Shown: one piece after another, positions 40,711-53,211 of the stretch
Layout of the letters: each line of letters begins with the position of its first letter
Position numbering within the stretch: the stretch's first letter is position 1
NCBI GenBank assembly: GCA_963765495.1
Contig: CAVXWP010000009.1
Span: 512,001 to 576,000, forward strand
Length of the DNA: 64,000 nt
Reading direction: 5' to 3'
Source: Blastocatellia bacterium
GTDB lineage: Bacteria; Acidobacteriota; Blastocatellia; UBA7656
Position numbers and translations under genes: made by a program
Notes under the pieces: model-generated
Databases searched by the model: none
The model's input: the letters and a program-made list of their open reading frames with translations, nothing else
What the model was told of the DNA's origin: nothing

Positions 40711-43017
40711 ATGGAAACAGTAATAACACGAGACACGGATATATTGAGGGAATACCTGGCTGCGCTGGACGCACGCGAGCGAGGTCTTTCGCCTTTTGCC
40801 AAACTCGCCGCAACCGTAAAGCTTGCGCGGTTGCGCCGCGAGATGGATGCGGTTGCGCTTGAGGCTACCGACGAAGACGTAGCCATCCTGCGCCGTGAGG
40901 TCGCCGACCGCCTCAACCAGAGCTTTGTTCGACGCTTTGAAGCGAAACCCTGGGGAGCGCGTCTCTCTCTCTTTTTGATGATGGTACTCGGCCAGCAACT
41001 CGTTCTCGCTCTCGTATTGCTTGCGACGATGCTTTTCGTCCGGTTCGCGCCAGTCCCCGCCTGGTGGAATCCCAATCTGCCGCGCGAAGAGCCCGTCTTT
41101 CTTTATTTATTCATCTTCTTTTTCCTCTTCTCCACGCCAATGCTTGCGCTTATGGCGCTGTTCGGCGGAAGGTTTTTCCGCTCCTGGCGCAAGACTGTGC
41201 CTGCGACCATGGTCATACTTCTGATCTCGGTGATCGGGGTATTCATTACCGTGCGCGGCGAAAAGAACCCCGTGCAGCAGCCGGATTCTCTCGCGCTGTT
41301 TACAAAAGAGCGCGGGCTAAACGTTCCGAGTTACAACCAGTGGAAAGATGCTAACTGGCTGATGAATGACCCGAAGTTTCAGCGCGATTACGAGGCATTC
41401 CTGCGTAACGGGCCGGGCCGATGGATCACCTCCCGCTTTGATGCAAAAGAGGATCGGGCATGGAAAGACTCGCTGCCGGTGATGAATGAATATCTTGACG
41501 GGGGTCAGGATCCCGCAAGTTTTAGCGAGTGGCTGAAATATTATCTCGACCGCAACCGGATTTATTCAGAAGACCGCATAGATCAGGTGGCAGCCGAAAT
41601 CACAGGCCCCGCCAATCAGCGATTCCTGGGCATCTGGCAGACCGCGCCCTTTCTCAAAGAACGCGACGAGCGCATGTATCGCGCCTATATGGGCAGAATC
41701 AACCGTCGCATGAAGTTGTGGGGGCTGGTCAATCTGGGGCTGATGACACTTGCTTTTCTGTTGATATATCTGCTGGGCCCGGCGCTTTCGGCATGGGAGC
41801 GGATGGCCGTTCGCCTGAGAGTCAGGGTCAAATCCCAGCCCTCTTCGATGGAACCGGATTACCACGATGCGGGCGGAAGCGAAGGGCGCCTGTCCCGCCT
41901 CAAGGAGCAATATTATTCCTTCCCCGAGCGGCGAGAGATTACTACGCCCGCCTTCTTCGATACGCCCTTCAAACTGCTTGCCCGAGTCCACAGATCGTTT
42001 GTGGGGCTCGCCGTCTTTACAAGCATATTTGTGTTCTGCTTCTGGGGCGTAGTCTATGCCATAGACCTTGCGGCAGGCCACGAGAACGCGCCCTCGCAGA
42101 CCGCCTTGATGCGTTCACATCTGATATTTGGCGGTCCGGCCGATGCAGGCATCACAACCGATGATCAGATGGTGGCAGAGGCAAATGATCAGGTCGTCGA
42201 GCAGCATCTCGATTATGCTGCGCTGCCCGCGCAGCCGCCCAAAGGATTTGCGCCCGGCTCGCGCGAGGCCGCGCTTGCTGCGCGAGTCGTCGAGCTTGAA
42301 CTGTTGCTGGATGAAGCCAATTACCATACCAATAAGGAGTTCAAGCAGAAGGACGAGTTGATCGCGAGTCAACACAACGAGCTTGATCTGTTAAAGAACC
42401 TGACTACGCAGATTCAGCAGACGACATCCGCGCTGCCCGATCAGGTTGCGGATGTGAACTCTCGCATAGGCGCGGTCGAAGCTCGCGCGGGTCAGGCCGC
42501 AAGCGATGTGAGCGTAGCCAAACAACAGGCCGAAGCGATGAGGGATCAGCTTGGAGCAAAGATTGACGACGTAGAGAAACGCGCTGCCCGGGTGGCGGAT
42601 CAGATCGGCGAAGTGGAAGAGACCGCTTCGCAACTGGCTACCCGCACAGACGCGCTTGAAAAAGAGCTTGACGAACGCGCCCGCCAGATCGAAGCGCGCA
42701 CCGAAGAACTCGGCGAGCGCACGGCCTCGCTCAAAGAGCGAGAAGAGCACCTAAACCGTTTGCAGGGCATCGCCTTTGCCGCGATACTCGCAAACATAAA
42801 GACCGATGTCGAAGGGCTGGAACAACGCACGAGTTCCACCTTTTACCGCCTGTTTAACAAGGGCGAGGCGCGCCGCGATGCCGAAGCTCTCAGCCAGCGC
42901 ATCTCTTCGCTTAAGACCCGGCTGCGCGAGATGAACAGCGAGCAGGCCAATGAGTTGACCCGTCAACTCGAAGAGTACGGCAAACGGATAGATGCTATAA
43001 GTGAGCGCATCAAGTAA
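40711..43017 (+). CDS. Hypothetical polytopic membrane protein with long C-terminal coiled coil
   Basis: 768-aa ORF; about 5 hydrophobic segments; heptad-rich last ~250 aa. Confidence 0.75.
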   Translation: METVITRDTDILREYLAALDARERGLSPFAKLAATVKLARLRREMDAVALEATDEDVAILRREVADRLNQSFVRRFEAKPWGARLSLFLMMVLGQQLVLALVLLATMLFVRFAPVPAWWNPNLPREEPVFLYLFIFFFLFSTPMLALMALFGGRFFRSWRKTVPATMVILLISVIGVFITVRGEKNPVQQPDSLALFTKERGLNVPSYNQWKDANWLMNDPKFQRDYEAFLRNGPGRWITSRFDAKEDRAWKDSLPVMNEYLDGGQDPASFSEWLKYYLDRNRIYSEDRIDQVAAEITGPANQRFLGIWQTAPFLKERDERMYRAYMGRINRRMKLWGLVNLGLMTLAFLLIYLLGPALSAWERMAVRLRVRVKSQPSSMEPDYHDAGGSEGRLSRLKEQYYSFPERREITTPAFFDTPFKLLARVHRSFVGLAVFTSIFVFCFWGVVYAIDLAAGHENAPSQTALMRSHLIFGGPADAGITTDDQMVAEANDQVVEQHLDYAALPAQPPKGFAPGSREAALAARVVELELLLDEANYHTNKEFKQKDELIASQHNELDLLKNLTTQIQQTTSALPDQVADVNSRIGAVEARAGQAASDVSVAKQQAEAMRDQLGAKIDDVEKRAARVADQIGEVEETASQLATRTDALEKELDERARQIEARTEELGERTASLKEREEHLNRLQGIAFAAILANIKTDVEGLEQRTSSTFYRLFNKGEARRDAEALSQRISSLKTRLREMNSEQANELTRQLEEYGKRIDAISERIK

Positions 43018-43099
43018 ATTCACAAAAGACCGGGAGTAATTTGCCTATCATATCTCTCACCTTCTTCCGCGGAGATCTTTCGCCTTCGCCTCTCTTTTC

Positions 43100-44698
43100 G
43101 TGGATCGAATGATGCAAGCCGACGAAGAAGCCATTTCAACCTCTCCCCCTATTGTGCAGCGGTCGGCCCCTTACCGTCTGCTCACGCTCAAGCCGGTTGA
43201 GATCATCGCAGGACTATTCCTGATACTGGCCGTGATGGTTTGGATAGAGTTTTCAGGCAAAGCCATACTTGATAACGACGGCTATTATCACATCCGATGG
43301 AGCAGGATGATAGCCGACTCCTCGCCGCACCTTCCCGCCTTCCGGGCGTTGCCGCTTACCACGCTCAACGAGCGCGATTACGTTGACCATCATTATCTGT
43401 TTCACGTCCTTCTCACTCCCTTCACTTTCGGCGATATGCGAACGGGAGCAAAACTTGCGGCTGCTCTTTTCGCAAGTCTCGGGATTTGCTCTTTATTCGC
43501 CCTGATGGTCTTCTATCGCCTGCCATACAGATGGTTGTGGCTTGCGCCGCTTGTGGCAAGCTCCGAGCCCTTTCTCTACCGCATGGCGATGACCAGAGCG
43601 CCAAGCCTCTCGATATTGATGCTTGGCATCGGCGCGTACCTTATCTTAAAGCGCAAGCTACTGTGGCTTGCCGTGCTCTCATTTGCGTTTGTATGGCTAT
43701 ACAGCCTGTTTCCTCTGATCCTCGCTTTCGCCGCAGCGCATATGATTACGGTCTATCTGGCCGAACAACGATTGGAGTTCGGCGCTGTCGGGGCTGCGGC
43801 TGCGGGTATAGTCGCGGGCCTTGTCATCAACCCATACTTCCCAAAAAACCTCGGTCTGTTTTGGGAGCACGTATTGATGAAGGCCGTGAGCGATTACTCG
43901 GTTGACGTAGGCGTGGAGTGGTACCCTTACGAAAGCTGGGTACTGATCGGAGGCAGCGCCGTGGCGTTTGCCATCTTTTTTGTCGCGCTTATGGCTTTCG
44001 ATTTCCGCGACCGCAAACGCGATCTCAAGCCGATGTTTTTCCTGCTGGTCTCGACCATGCTTCTGCTGATGGCCTTCAAATCTCGGCGCTTTATCGAATA
44101 CTTTCCGCCGTTTGCCGTAATCTTCGGAGCCTTCACAATCAGCCCGAGACTCAAGCGATTAGACTTCTCGCGGCTTGCAGGGACATTTGACCGATTGATC
44201 GCTTCTCTTGCGGCGGCGGCGGTAACAGTAACTTTGATCGCTGCTATGGCCTTGACCATCTGGCAGGCGCATCGAGACGTGAAAGCCGAAAATGATCCAT
44301 TTGCCTACAAGGGCGCAAGCGAATGGCTCGCGGCCAACACACCCTCCGGCTCGATGGTGTTCAATACGGACTGGGATGATTTTCCCATGCTCTTTTATTA
44401 CGACCCGAACAACACCTATGTGGTCGGCCTCGACCCGACCTATCTGTACGACCGCAATCACAGGCTTTGGGACCTCTACGCGCGCATAACGCTTGGGAAG
44501 GAGAGCAATCCGGCTCCGCTCATACGCGACCGCTTCAACGCGGAATACGTCTTTACGGATAACTATCACACGGCCTTTTTGCGAATAGCCGACGAAAGCG
44601 GCGATTTCGATACCGTCTATAAAGACGCAAACACAACGGTTCTCAAACTCCGCTCCGAGCTACATAACCCTTTCCACGAAGATACAGACGAGCAGTGA
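43100..44698 (+). CDS. GT-C fold membrane protein, STT3/PglB-like features
   Basis: DNDGYYHIR after TM1; RRFIEY; WL..NTP..S.VFNTDWDDF; many TM segments; start uncertain. Confidence 0.6.
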   Translation: MDRMMQADEEAISTSPPIVQRSAPYRLLTLKPVEIIAGLFLILAVMVWIEFSGKAILDNDGYYHIRWSRMIADSSPHLPAFRALPLTTLNERDYVDHHYLFHVLLTPFTFGDMRTGAKLAAALFASLGICSLFALMVFYRLPYRWLWLAPLVASSEPFLYRMAMTRAPSLSILMLGIGAYLILKRKLLWLAVLSFAFVWLYSLFPLILAFAAAHMITVYLAEQRLEFGAVGAAAAGIVAGLVINPYFPKNLGLFWEHVLMKAVSDYSVDVGVEWYPYESWVLIGGSAVAFAIFFVALMAFDFRDRKRDLKPMFFLLVSTMLLLMAFKSRRFIEYFPPFAVIFGAFTISPRLKRLDFSRLAGTFDRLIASLAAAAVTVTLIAAMALTIWQAHRDVKAENDPFAYKGASEWLAANTPSGSMVFNTDWDDFPMLFYYDPNNTYVVGLDPTYLYDRNHRLWDLYARITLGKESNPAPLIRDRFNAEYVFTDNYHTAFLRIADESGDFDTVYKDANTTVLKLRSELHNPFHEDTDEQ

Positions 44699-44853
44699 AT
44701 CCTGTCAAAAAATCCGTGTCTTCTTTAGCGGCACAATCATTGCCTTATTCAAACAATGTGCACGCAATCGTCGCACGATGTACGGGAACGATGCTGGAAA
44801 GCATACACGAAGACCCGGTTTGATACGAGAAAGCAGGGGAGGAAGGGGAGATC

Positions 44854-45657
44854 ATGAAAAGCGTTTTATTGGCAGGAAAGAGAATGGCGGCTGCATTGGT
44901 AGGATTATCTCTGGTTGCCGCTTTTGCGCTGGCACAGACAGCAGCCCAATCGGGCGAGCAAGAAAAGATTTTTCAAGAAAAGATTTTCGAGCGCGCCCGG
45001 CAAATGATGGATCAAGGCGACCTGGATAATGCAATCACCGAATACCAAAAAGCCATACGCGCCGCTAATGGTAATTACCCGGAAGCGCATAATAATTTGG
45101 GAATGACATACGGATTGAACGGAGACGCCGAATCGGCCATACGCGAAATCAAAATCGCAATAAAGCAGAGCGAAGGAATTTATCCCGAAGCGTTTTATAA
45201 TCTGGGAGTCGCCTACAGCATGACCGGAAATCTTGAGAATGCCGAGGGCGCATTCCGCACCGCAGCCGATCAAAAACCCGGCGATTTCCCCGAAGCTCAC
45301 GACAATCTCGGAATCATCCTCGCCCGTAAAGGCGATAAGCAGCGTGCAATGACCGAGTTCAAAATAGCGATAGAACAGGCCGGTGGTGAATACCCCGAAG
45401 CGCATTACAATCTCGGCATATTATATTTCGGCCTCGGCAAATTCGAAGTCGCGGTCGCTGAATTCAAAGACGCGGTCACACAGGGCGGCGAATTTCCCGA
45501 AGCGCATTATAACCTCGCCGTAGCTCTTGATAAGATCGGCCAGAAAGAAGACGCGGCTCGCGAATTTGAAGAGTATCTTCAAAAGGCCGTGAATCCAAAA
45601 GACCGCGAAGAAGTCCGCACGCGAATATCGAACCTGCGTCAGGCTTCATTAAAGTAA
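44854..45657 (+). CDS. Secreted TPR-repeat protein
   Basis: Signal peptide; five (Y/F)PEA(H/F).NL(G/A) TPR units. Confidence 0.85.
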   Translation: MKSVLLAGKRMAAALVGLSLVAAFALAQTAAQSGEQEKIFQEKIFERARQMMDQGDLDNAITEYQKAIRAANGNYPEAHNNLGMTYGLNGDAESAIREIKIAIKQSEGIYPEAFYNLGVAYSMTGNLENAEGAFRTAADQKPGDFPEAHDNLGIILARKGDKQRAMTEFKIAIEQAGGEYPEAHYNLGILYFGLGKFEVAVAEFKDAVTQGGEFPEAHYNLAVALDKIGQKEDAAREFEEYLQKAVNPKDREEVRTRISNLRQASLK

Positions 45658-45817
45658 TAATGTTTTAGCCAGGAGCAGCAAGATTCGCGGGGGATTGAAC
45701 AAGATTACTAATCGTGTAAATCCTCCGCCAATCCTGCTAATCCTGTAAACCGCTTCTCTGCCCCGCCCGCTCGATGTTAAAATCCCTCTCTAAAATTCAA
45801 TTCAATATCGAGGTCTT

Positions 45818-47179
45818 ATGAACTACGCAGAAAATATACTGGGGCTTATTGGGAACACGCCTCTGGTAAAACTCAACAAATTGACCAAAGGAATACGGGC
45901 AACGGTGCTTGCGAAGATGGAATCGCTCAATCCGGGCGGGTCGGTCAAGGATCGCATAGGGATTTCAATGATCGATGCCGCAGAACGAGACGGGCGCATC
46001 AAACCGGGCGGGACCGTGATTGAGGCTACGAGCGGCAACACAGGCATAGGCATTGCGCTCGTATGCGCGGTTCGCGGATACCGCGCCGTGTTTGTGATGA
46101 CAGACAAATGCTCGGTCGAAAAGGTGCGATACCTCAAGGCGCTGGGCGCGGACGTAGTCGTAGTGCCTGTTTCGGCAAAGCCCGATTCGCCGGATCACTA
46201 TGTAAACACTGCGCGCCGTATAGCAAGCGAAACGCCTAATTCGATCTTCATTTTTCAATACGGCAATCCTGCAAACCCCGAAGCCCATTACTTGACGACG
46301 GGGCCTGAAATCTGGGAGCAGACCGAAGGACGCATCACGCATTTCGTGGCCGGCGTAGGCACGGGCGGGACCATAAGCGGGACGGGGCGCTACCTTAAAG
46401 AAAAAAACTCCGATATACAGATCATCGGCGCTGACCCGTACGGGTCGGTCTTTAAGACATACAAAGAGACAAACAAACTGATGGAGGCGACCCCTTATCT
46501 GGTCGAAGGAATAGGCCAGGAGATCATCCCGGAAAACGTTCACATGAAATACATCGACGAGATCATCAACGTCACCGATCGCGACTCGTTTCAGATGGCT
46601 CGTCGCCTCGGGCGCGAGGAAGGCATTTTCTGCGGAGGCTCTACGGGAACTATTGCCGTAGCCGCGCTTCAGGTTGCCCGCGATCTCGGCAAAGACGGCG
46701 TGGTCGTCTTTATCGTGTGTGATACGGGCGAACGGTATCTGTCGAAATTCCTCTCCGACGAGTGGATGAAGGAAAAACGCATGCTCGGCGTTGAAAAGAT
46801 CACCATAGGGATGCTGAATCAGTTTAAGCCCGATGAAGAGACTCCGCGTCTGGTTGCGGTCAGGCCCGATCAGCCGGTAGGCGAGGCGCTCCAGATGATG
46901 AACAGCCACGGGCTCTCGCAAATGCCCGTGATCGAAGAAGGCAAGTCGGTCGGCAGCGTCCGCGAAGGCCGCGTGATGGGAAAACTCCTGGCAAACCGCG
47001 ACCTTGTGAACTCGCCCGTATCCGAAATCATGGACAAGACATTCCCGGTGCTCAACGAAGATGTAAGCTTAGAGACGGCCATGAAATATCTGAAGACCTC
47101 GCCCGCCATTCTGGTCGAGGAGTACGGCCGGATAGTCGGCGTAATAACTCGCCACGATGTGCTGGACGTTCATCCTTGA
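45818..47179 (+). CDS. Cystathionine beta-synthase with C-terminal CBS domains
   Basis: [20 protein letters not shown] and YLVEGIG motifs; CBS pair. Confidence 0.88.
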   Translation: MNYAENILGLIGNTPLVKLNKLTKGIRATVLAKMESLNPGGSVKDRIGISMIDAAERDGRIKPGGTVIEATSGNTGIGIALVCAVRGYRAVFVMTDKCSVEKVRYLKALGADVVVVPVSAKPDSPDHYVNTARRIASETPNSIFIFQYGNPANPEAHYLTTGPEIWEQTEGRITHFVAGVGTGGTISGTGRYLKEKNSDIQIIGADPYGSVFKTYKETNKLMEATPYLVEGIGQEIIPENVHMKYIDEIINVTDRDSFQMARRLGREEGIFCGGSTGTIAVAALQVARDLGKDGVVVFIVCDTGERYLSKFLSDEWMKEKRMLGVEKITIGMLNQFKPDEETPRLVAVRPDQPVGEALQMMNSHGLSQMPVIEEGKSVGSVREGRVMGKLLANRDLVNSPVSEIMDKTFPVLNEDVSLETAMKYLKTSPAILVEEYGRIVGVITRHDVLDVHP

Positions 47180-47207
47180 GCGAATTGAAACTATAGGCCA
47201 TTTAGGT

Positions 47208-47250
47208 CTGGCGTACTTTGTGAGCGCTTATTTCTCGCAAAGTACGCCAG
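47208..47250. terminator. Hairpin terminator between convergent genes
   Basis: ctggcgtactttg...caaagtacgccag followed by a T-run. Confidence 0.7.
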
Positions 47251-47286
47251 GATTTTTCACCAGCCAGTCAGTGATTCCCTGCCATC

Positions 47287-47628
47287 TCAATCTTCATCGC
47301 GTCCGTGAACCTGCGCGGGCGGGCTTGTAGCTTCGACCGCCGTGAACGGCTCAAGTATCTTGTAGGTATGTTTTGCGCCCGCAGGCACGAGCCATGAATC
47401 GCCCGCTTCGAGCAATATCATCTGCCCTTCCAGATGCAGTTCGGCGCGGCCCTTGATGACATAACCCACGGTCTCGTAATCATTCGTAGACTCGGGCTTG
47501 TCCTCGATTGGCTGCTCCTTTTCCCATAACCGCATAGAGACTTTTATGCCTGACACGAGGTATTTTTGACCCTCATGTCCTTTTGGGGAAGACTTGGATT
47601 GAACCTTCTTTACGCTTGTATCACCCAT
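47287..47628 (-). CDS. Cupin-domain protein
   Basis: YETVGYVIKGRAEL...GDSWLVPAGAKHTY; AGGAG RBS. Confidence 0.85.
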   Translation of the reverse strand: MGDTSVKKVQSKSSPKGHEGQKYLVSGIKVSMRLWEKEQPIEDKPESTNDYETVGYVIKGRAELHLEGQMILLEAGDSWLVPAGAKHTYKILEPFTAVEATSPPAQVHGRDED

Positions 47629-47694
47629 TTGAATCTCCTTCCTGTCTGCTTTCAATACTGGATTTGCGATCACACCGATCCATCTCATCAGAGG

Positions 47695-47710
47695 TGCAAG
47701 CCCCGTACCA
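47695..47710 (-). promoter_or_regulatory. Sigma54 promoter for the cupin gene
   Basis: Minus strand TGGTACGGGGCTTGCA. Confidence 0.6.
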
Positions 47711-47760
47711 GTAATGAAGCGTTATTGTGTTAAGATATGCTGCCCGCGAGAGATTCGAAT

Positions 47761-47949
47761 ATGGATAAAAATCACATCAACACGACAAACGGCAAGAACA
47801 GACGGTCAGGCAAAGACCGTCGCGAAGGAGACCGTCGAGAACCGGAACGCCAGACCGAAACCGGCGTTTTCAGCACGCGAAAAGGCGAGCGCCGACGTAA
47901 CGCCCGCCGCTCCGAAGATCGCAAAGAGAAAGAGAAGAGCGAAGATTGA
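47761..47949 (+). CDS. Small Arg-rich hypothetical protein
   Basis: 62 aa with repeated (D/E/N)RR motifs; fills the gap and is followed by hairpins. Confidence 0.45.
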   Translation: MDKNHINTTNGKNRRSGKDRREGDRREPERQTETGVFSTRKGERRRNARRSEDRKEKEKSED

Positions 47950-47971
47950 CGGGTCAATCTTCGCTGATGCA

Positions 47972-48019
47972 AAGAGGCGCATAGCTCACAGGATTAAAAC
48001 CTTGAGTTATGCGCCTCTT
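47972..48019. terminator. Hairpin downstream of ahcY
   Basis: aagaggcgcatagctca...tgagttatgcgcctctt. Confidence 0.65.
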
Positions 48020-48057
48020 GCGATTGAAATAATTTTGTTCCGGTCGGCGAAAACAGG

Positions 48058-49341
<1,284 letters not shown>

Positions 49342-49359
49342 TCATTCTCCATCTTTCTT

Positions 49360-49480
49360 AGGGATGAGGGATGAGGGATGAAAAGGACTGTAGGGGATGA
49401 TTCAGATAACAGGTCAAACCAATTTATCAGAACCTGTCAATAAACTCTTTTTCATCCCTCATCCCTCATCCCTCATCCCT
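49360..49480. repeat. Family F element (GGGATGA x3 / TCATCCC x4) between metK and ahcY
   Basis: agggatgagggatgagggatga ... tcatccctcatccctcatccctcatccct. Confidence 0.85.
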
Positions 49481-49481
49481 T

Positions 49482-50633
<1,152 letters not shown>

Positions 50634-50718
50634 TAACTCTAGCCTCCTAATTCGGTAATATGCCTGTGGCAAGTCTGGCTCTGACAGAGAGCATAAAGGC
50701 TTGCTCCAAAAACACGAC

Positions 50719-50747
50719 AATCTAACAGACGGGATGTCGTGCGTCAA
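50719..50747 (-). promoter_or_regulatory. Sigma70 promoter for metK-ahcY
   Basis: Minus strand TTGACG-17 nt-TAGATT. Confidence 0.6.
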
Positions 50748-50829
50748 GGTAAGCGCCCGGGCCGCGCTGCTTGTCGCGGTTGAACTCCAGGGCCATTCAG
50801 TTTTCCAAAATGTAGAACTGGAAAATTGA

Positions 50830-50931
50830 AATAGGCCGCGGATGACGCGGATTGGGCGGATTAGCGCGGATTAGATCATAAAGAGTCAGATCCGCGTAGA
50901 TCCGCCGCATCCGCGGCCGTCCCGGCCTATT
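50830..50931. repeat. Family D palindromic element
   Basis: aataggccgcggatgacgcggat...atccgcgtagatccgccgcatccgcgg...ggcctatt. Confidence 0.75.
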
Positions 50932-51100
50932 CCCACTCACCTTTCATTCGAATTAACCTTCATTTTTTTGTCGCATACAGTCCGCAAGTTAAAAACTGAA
51001 TGGCCCTAGTTGAACTCGACTTTGCTTAAGGGCTATCATTCCTTCGAGAGTCTGTCAGCATCGCTGCTTTTACCAGAGCGACAACACCAGAGGGGAGATT

Positions 51101-51925
51101 ATGAGCAACTATATCGTCTTCGCCGGAGTAGCGCCGCACCCGCCTCTTCTCGTTCCCGAAGTCGGCAAAAGCCGCATAGCGCAGGTGGCGGATTCAAAGC
51201 GGGCGCTCGGCGAGTTTTCGCGCCGCCTGGTCGAGACTTCGCCCGATACGGTTGTCGTCATCTCTCCGCATTCGCCGCTCGATCCCAGCTTCTTTACTGC
51301 GCGCTCAACGCCCGAATTGCGAGGCGATTTTCGCGAATTTCTTGCGCCGGATGTCAGGCTCCGGTTTACCAACGACCTCGCCCTCCTGGACCGTATAGCG
51401 GAAGCGGCCGAGGATGAAGGCCCGGGTTTGCGAAAGCTGGCAAAAGATTATCCGCTGGATCACGGCGCGATGGTTCCGCTTTACTATTTGCGCGAGGCCG
51501 GATGGGATGGTCCCGTCGTCGTTCTGGGATTCACTCATCAATCAATCGAAAAACATCTGGCCTTTGGCCGCGCCATCGAACGAGCAGCGCGCGCCGAAGA
51601 CAAGCGTATAGCCGTCGTGGCGAGCGGCGATCTGAGCCATCGCCTGATCGTAGACGGCCCTTACGAATTCGAACCTACGGCGCACCTGTTTGACGAGCAG
51701 ATCGTAGACGCTATAGCGACGGGCCGCGCAAGACGTGTAATCGAGATAGACCCCGATCTGAGAGCCCGCGCGGGCGAATGCGGATACAGATCTATAATCA
51801 TAGCTCTCGGAAGCGTTGCCGAAGATTTGCGCGATCACCAGGTGCTCAGCTACGAGGGGCCGTTCGGAGTCGGCTATATGGTAGCCGTGCTGATTGATGC
51901 CAACCGCTCAAATAGCGATACGTGA
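51101..51925 (+). CDS. AmmeMemoRadiSam protein B-like (Memo/LigB fold)
   Basis: PHPP, ISPH, LDHG..VPL, ASGDLSH, GECG and SYEGPFGVGY motifs. Confidence 0.82.
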   Translation: MSNYIVFAGVAPHPPLLVPEVGKSRIAQVADSKRALGEFSRRLVETSPDTVVVISPHSPLDPSFFTARSTPELRGDFREFLAPDVRLRFTNDLALLDRIAEAAEDEGPGLRKLAKDYPLDHGAMVPLYYLREAGWDGPVVVLGFTHQSIEKHLAFGRAIERAARAEDKRIAVVASGDLSHRLIVDGPYEFEPTAHLFDEQIVDAIATGRARRVIEIDPDLRARAGECGYRSIIIALGSVAEDLRDHQVLSYEGPFGVGYMVAVLIDANRSNSDT

Positions 51926-51930
51926 AAAGA

Positions 51931-51990
51931 CTTAGACAGGATTTTTACTGATCTTCAGCAATCATGTGAATCATGTAAATCCTGTCTAAG
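51931..51990. repeat. Family C palindrome
   Basis: cttagacaggattt...aaatcctgtctaag. Confidence 0.75.
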
Positions 51991-52005
51991 ATTTCGATTC
52001 TACAT

Positions 52006-52545
52006 ATGCAAAATCCAGCCGACAGCATCTCACCACAGGAACTTGCTCGCAGGGCAATCGAGGTTTTTGTGCGCGAAGGCAGGATTTTAGATACTCCAGC
52101 CAATCTCGAAGGGATGCTGGCCGAACGGGCCGGGGCTTTCGTGACTCTGCGCTTGAAGGATGGCTCTCTGCGTGGCTGCATAGGCACTATCGAGCCTGCA
52201 TACGGGAATCTGGCCGAGGAGATAATTCAGAATGCGGTCAGCGCAGCCACACGCGATCCGCGATTCCCACCCGTCGGGACTGATGAGCTCGAGGGACTGA
52301 CTTATGGCGTGGATGTGCTCGCGCCGCCCGAAGATGCGCGCGGGCCGCAAGACCTCGATCCCGCTCGCCTCGGGGTCATCATTGAAACGATGGATGCAAG
52401 CCGACGGGCACTGCTTCTTCCCGGCATCGAAGGTATAGAAACAGTCGAACAGCAGTGGCGCGCCGTTCACATAAAGGCAGGCATCCAGCCGGGTACACCC
52501 GTAAAGGTGAAACGTTTCACCGTCACGCGTTTCGGCAAAGATTGA
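52006..52545 (+). CDS. amrA: AmmeMemoRadiSam protein A (AMMECR1 domain)
   Basis: GAFVTL...LRGCIG, DPRFPP, LLLP and KAG motifs. Confidence 0.88.
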   Translation: MQNPADSISPQELARRAIEVFVREGRILDTPANLEGMLAERAGAFVTLRLKDGSLRGCIGTIEPAYGNLAEEIIQNAVSAATRDPRFPPVGTDELEGLTYGVDVLAPPEDARGPQDLDPARLGVIIETMDASRRALLLPGIEGIETVEQQWRAVHIKAGIQPGTPVKVKRFTVTRFGKD

Positions 52546-53106
52546 TCAGGCAATATCGTGATAATCCATCTGTCGGCGTATGCGTTCTTTCGCCTCAGGA
52601 CCCGCCAGCTTCTCGCAAAGATACAATCCCAGATCAATCGCCGAGGTGACGCCTCTGGCCGTAATGAGGTCGCCTTCGTCAACTACTCTCTGATCGAGTA
52701 CCTCGGAAGCGTAACGCTCAAGATCACCGAAGGCGCTCGGATGAGTCGTCGCCCGCCTCCCTCTCAAGAAACCTGCGGCCCCAAGCAGCAGAGAGCCGGT
52801 ACAGACCGAGACTTTAAGCCTGCACGGCGCGGCGGTCTTCAGCCACTCGATGAAATCCGAATCCTTCACAAGCTCTCTTGAAGCAAGCCCGCCCGGAACG
52901 ACCACCATGTCGTAATCCGCGAGCGAGCAGGCGACCGTGTCAGGTGTGAAGCGAAGCCCGCTACCCTCAACCGTTTCCGTATAAGCGCAAATATCCCATT
53001 CGAGATCAGGGATAAAGCCCATCGTCTTGAGTCGAATCAGCGGATCATAGACGCCTACGAAATCGAGCGCCGTCATCCCCGTATAGATTATGAATGAAAT
53101 CTTCAT
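52546..53106 (-). CDS. DJ-1/PfpI family protein
   Basis: VVPGG, SVCTG, ATTH and TARGVTSAID motifs. Confidence 0.88.
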   Translation of the reverse strand: MKISFIIYTGMTALDFVGVYDPLIRLKTMGFIPDLEWDICAYTETVEGSGLRFTPDTVACSLADYDMVVVPGGLASRELVKDSDFIEWLKTAAPCRLKVSVCTGSLLLGAAGFLRGRRATTHPSAFGDLERYASEVLDQRVVDEGDLITARGVTSAIDLGLYLCEKLAGPEAKERIRRQMDYHDIA

Positions 53107-53211
53107 CAGTAGGCAGTTGATACTGAACTGACGAGAACCACTAAACAGAGCACAGCAGTATGCATATGAATAGTTGGTACCCAACTCCGTTACTGCTTAT
53201 TGCCTACTGCT
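53107..53211. repeat. Family A element
   Basis: cagtaggcagttgatactgaactgacga...tatgcatatgaatagttggtacccaactccgttactgc; near-copy of 24783-24903. Confidence 0.85.

Noticed and set aside
50634-50747. Upstream extension of the metK ORF (likewise for gcvT, DJ-1, cupin and the ABC exporter)
   Set aside because: The extensions run through promoter or repeat DNA; downstream starts fit the RBS and/or family N-termini better
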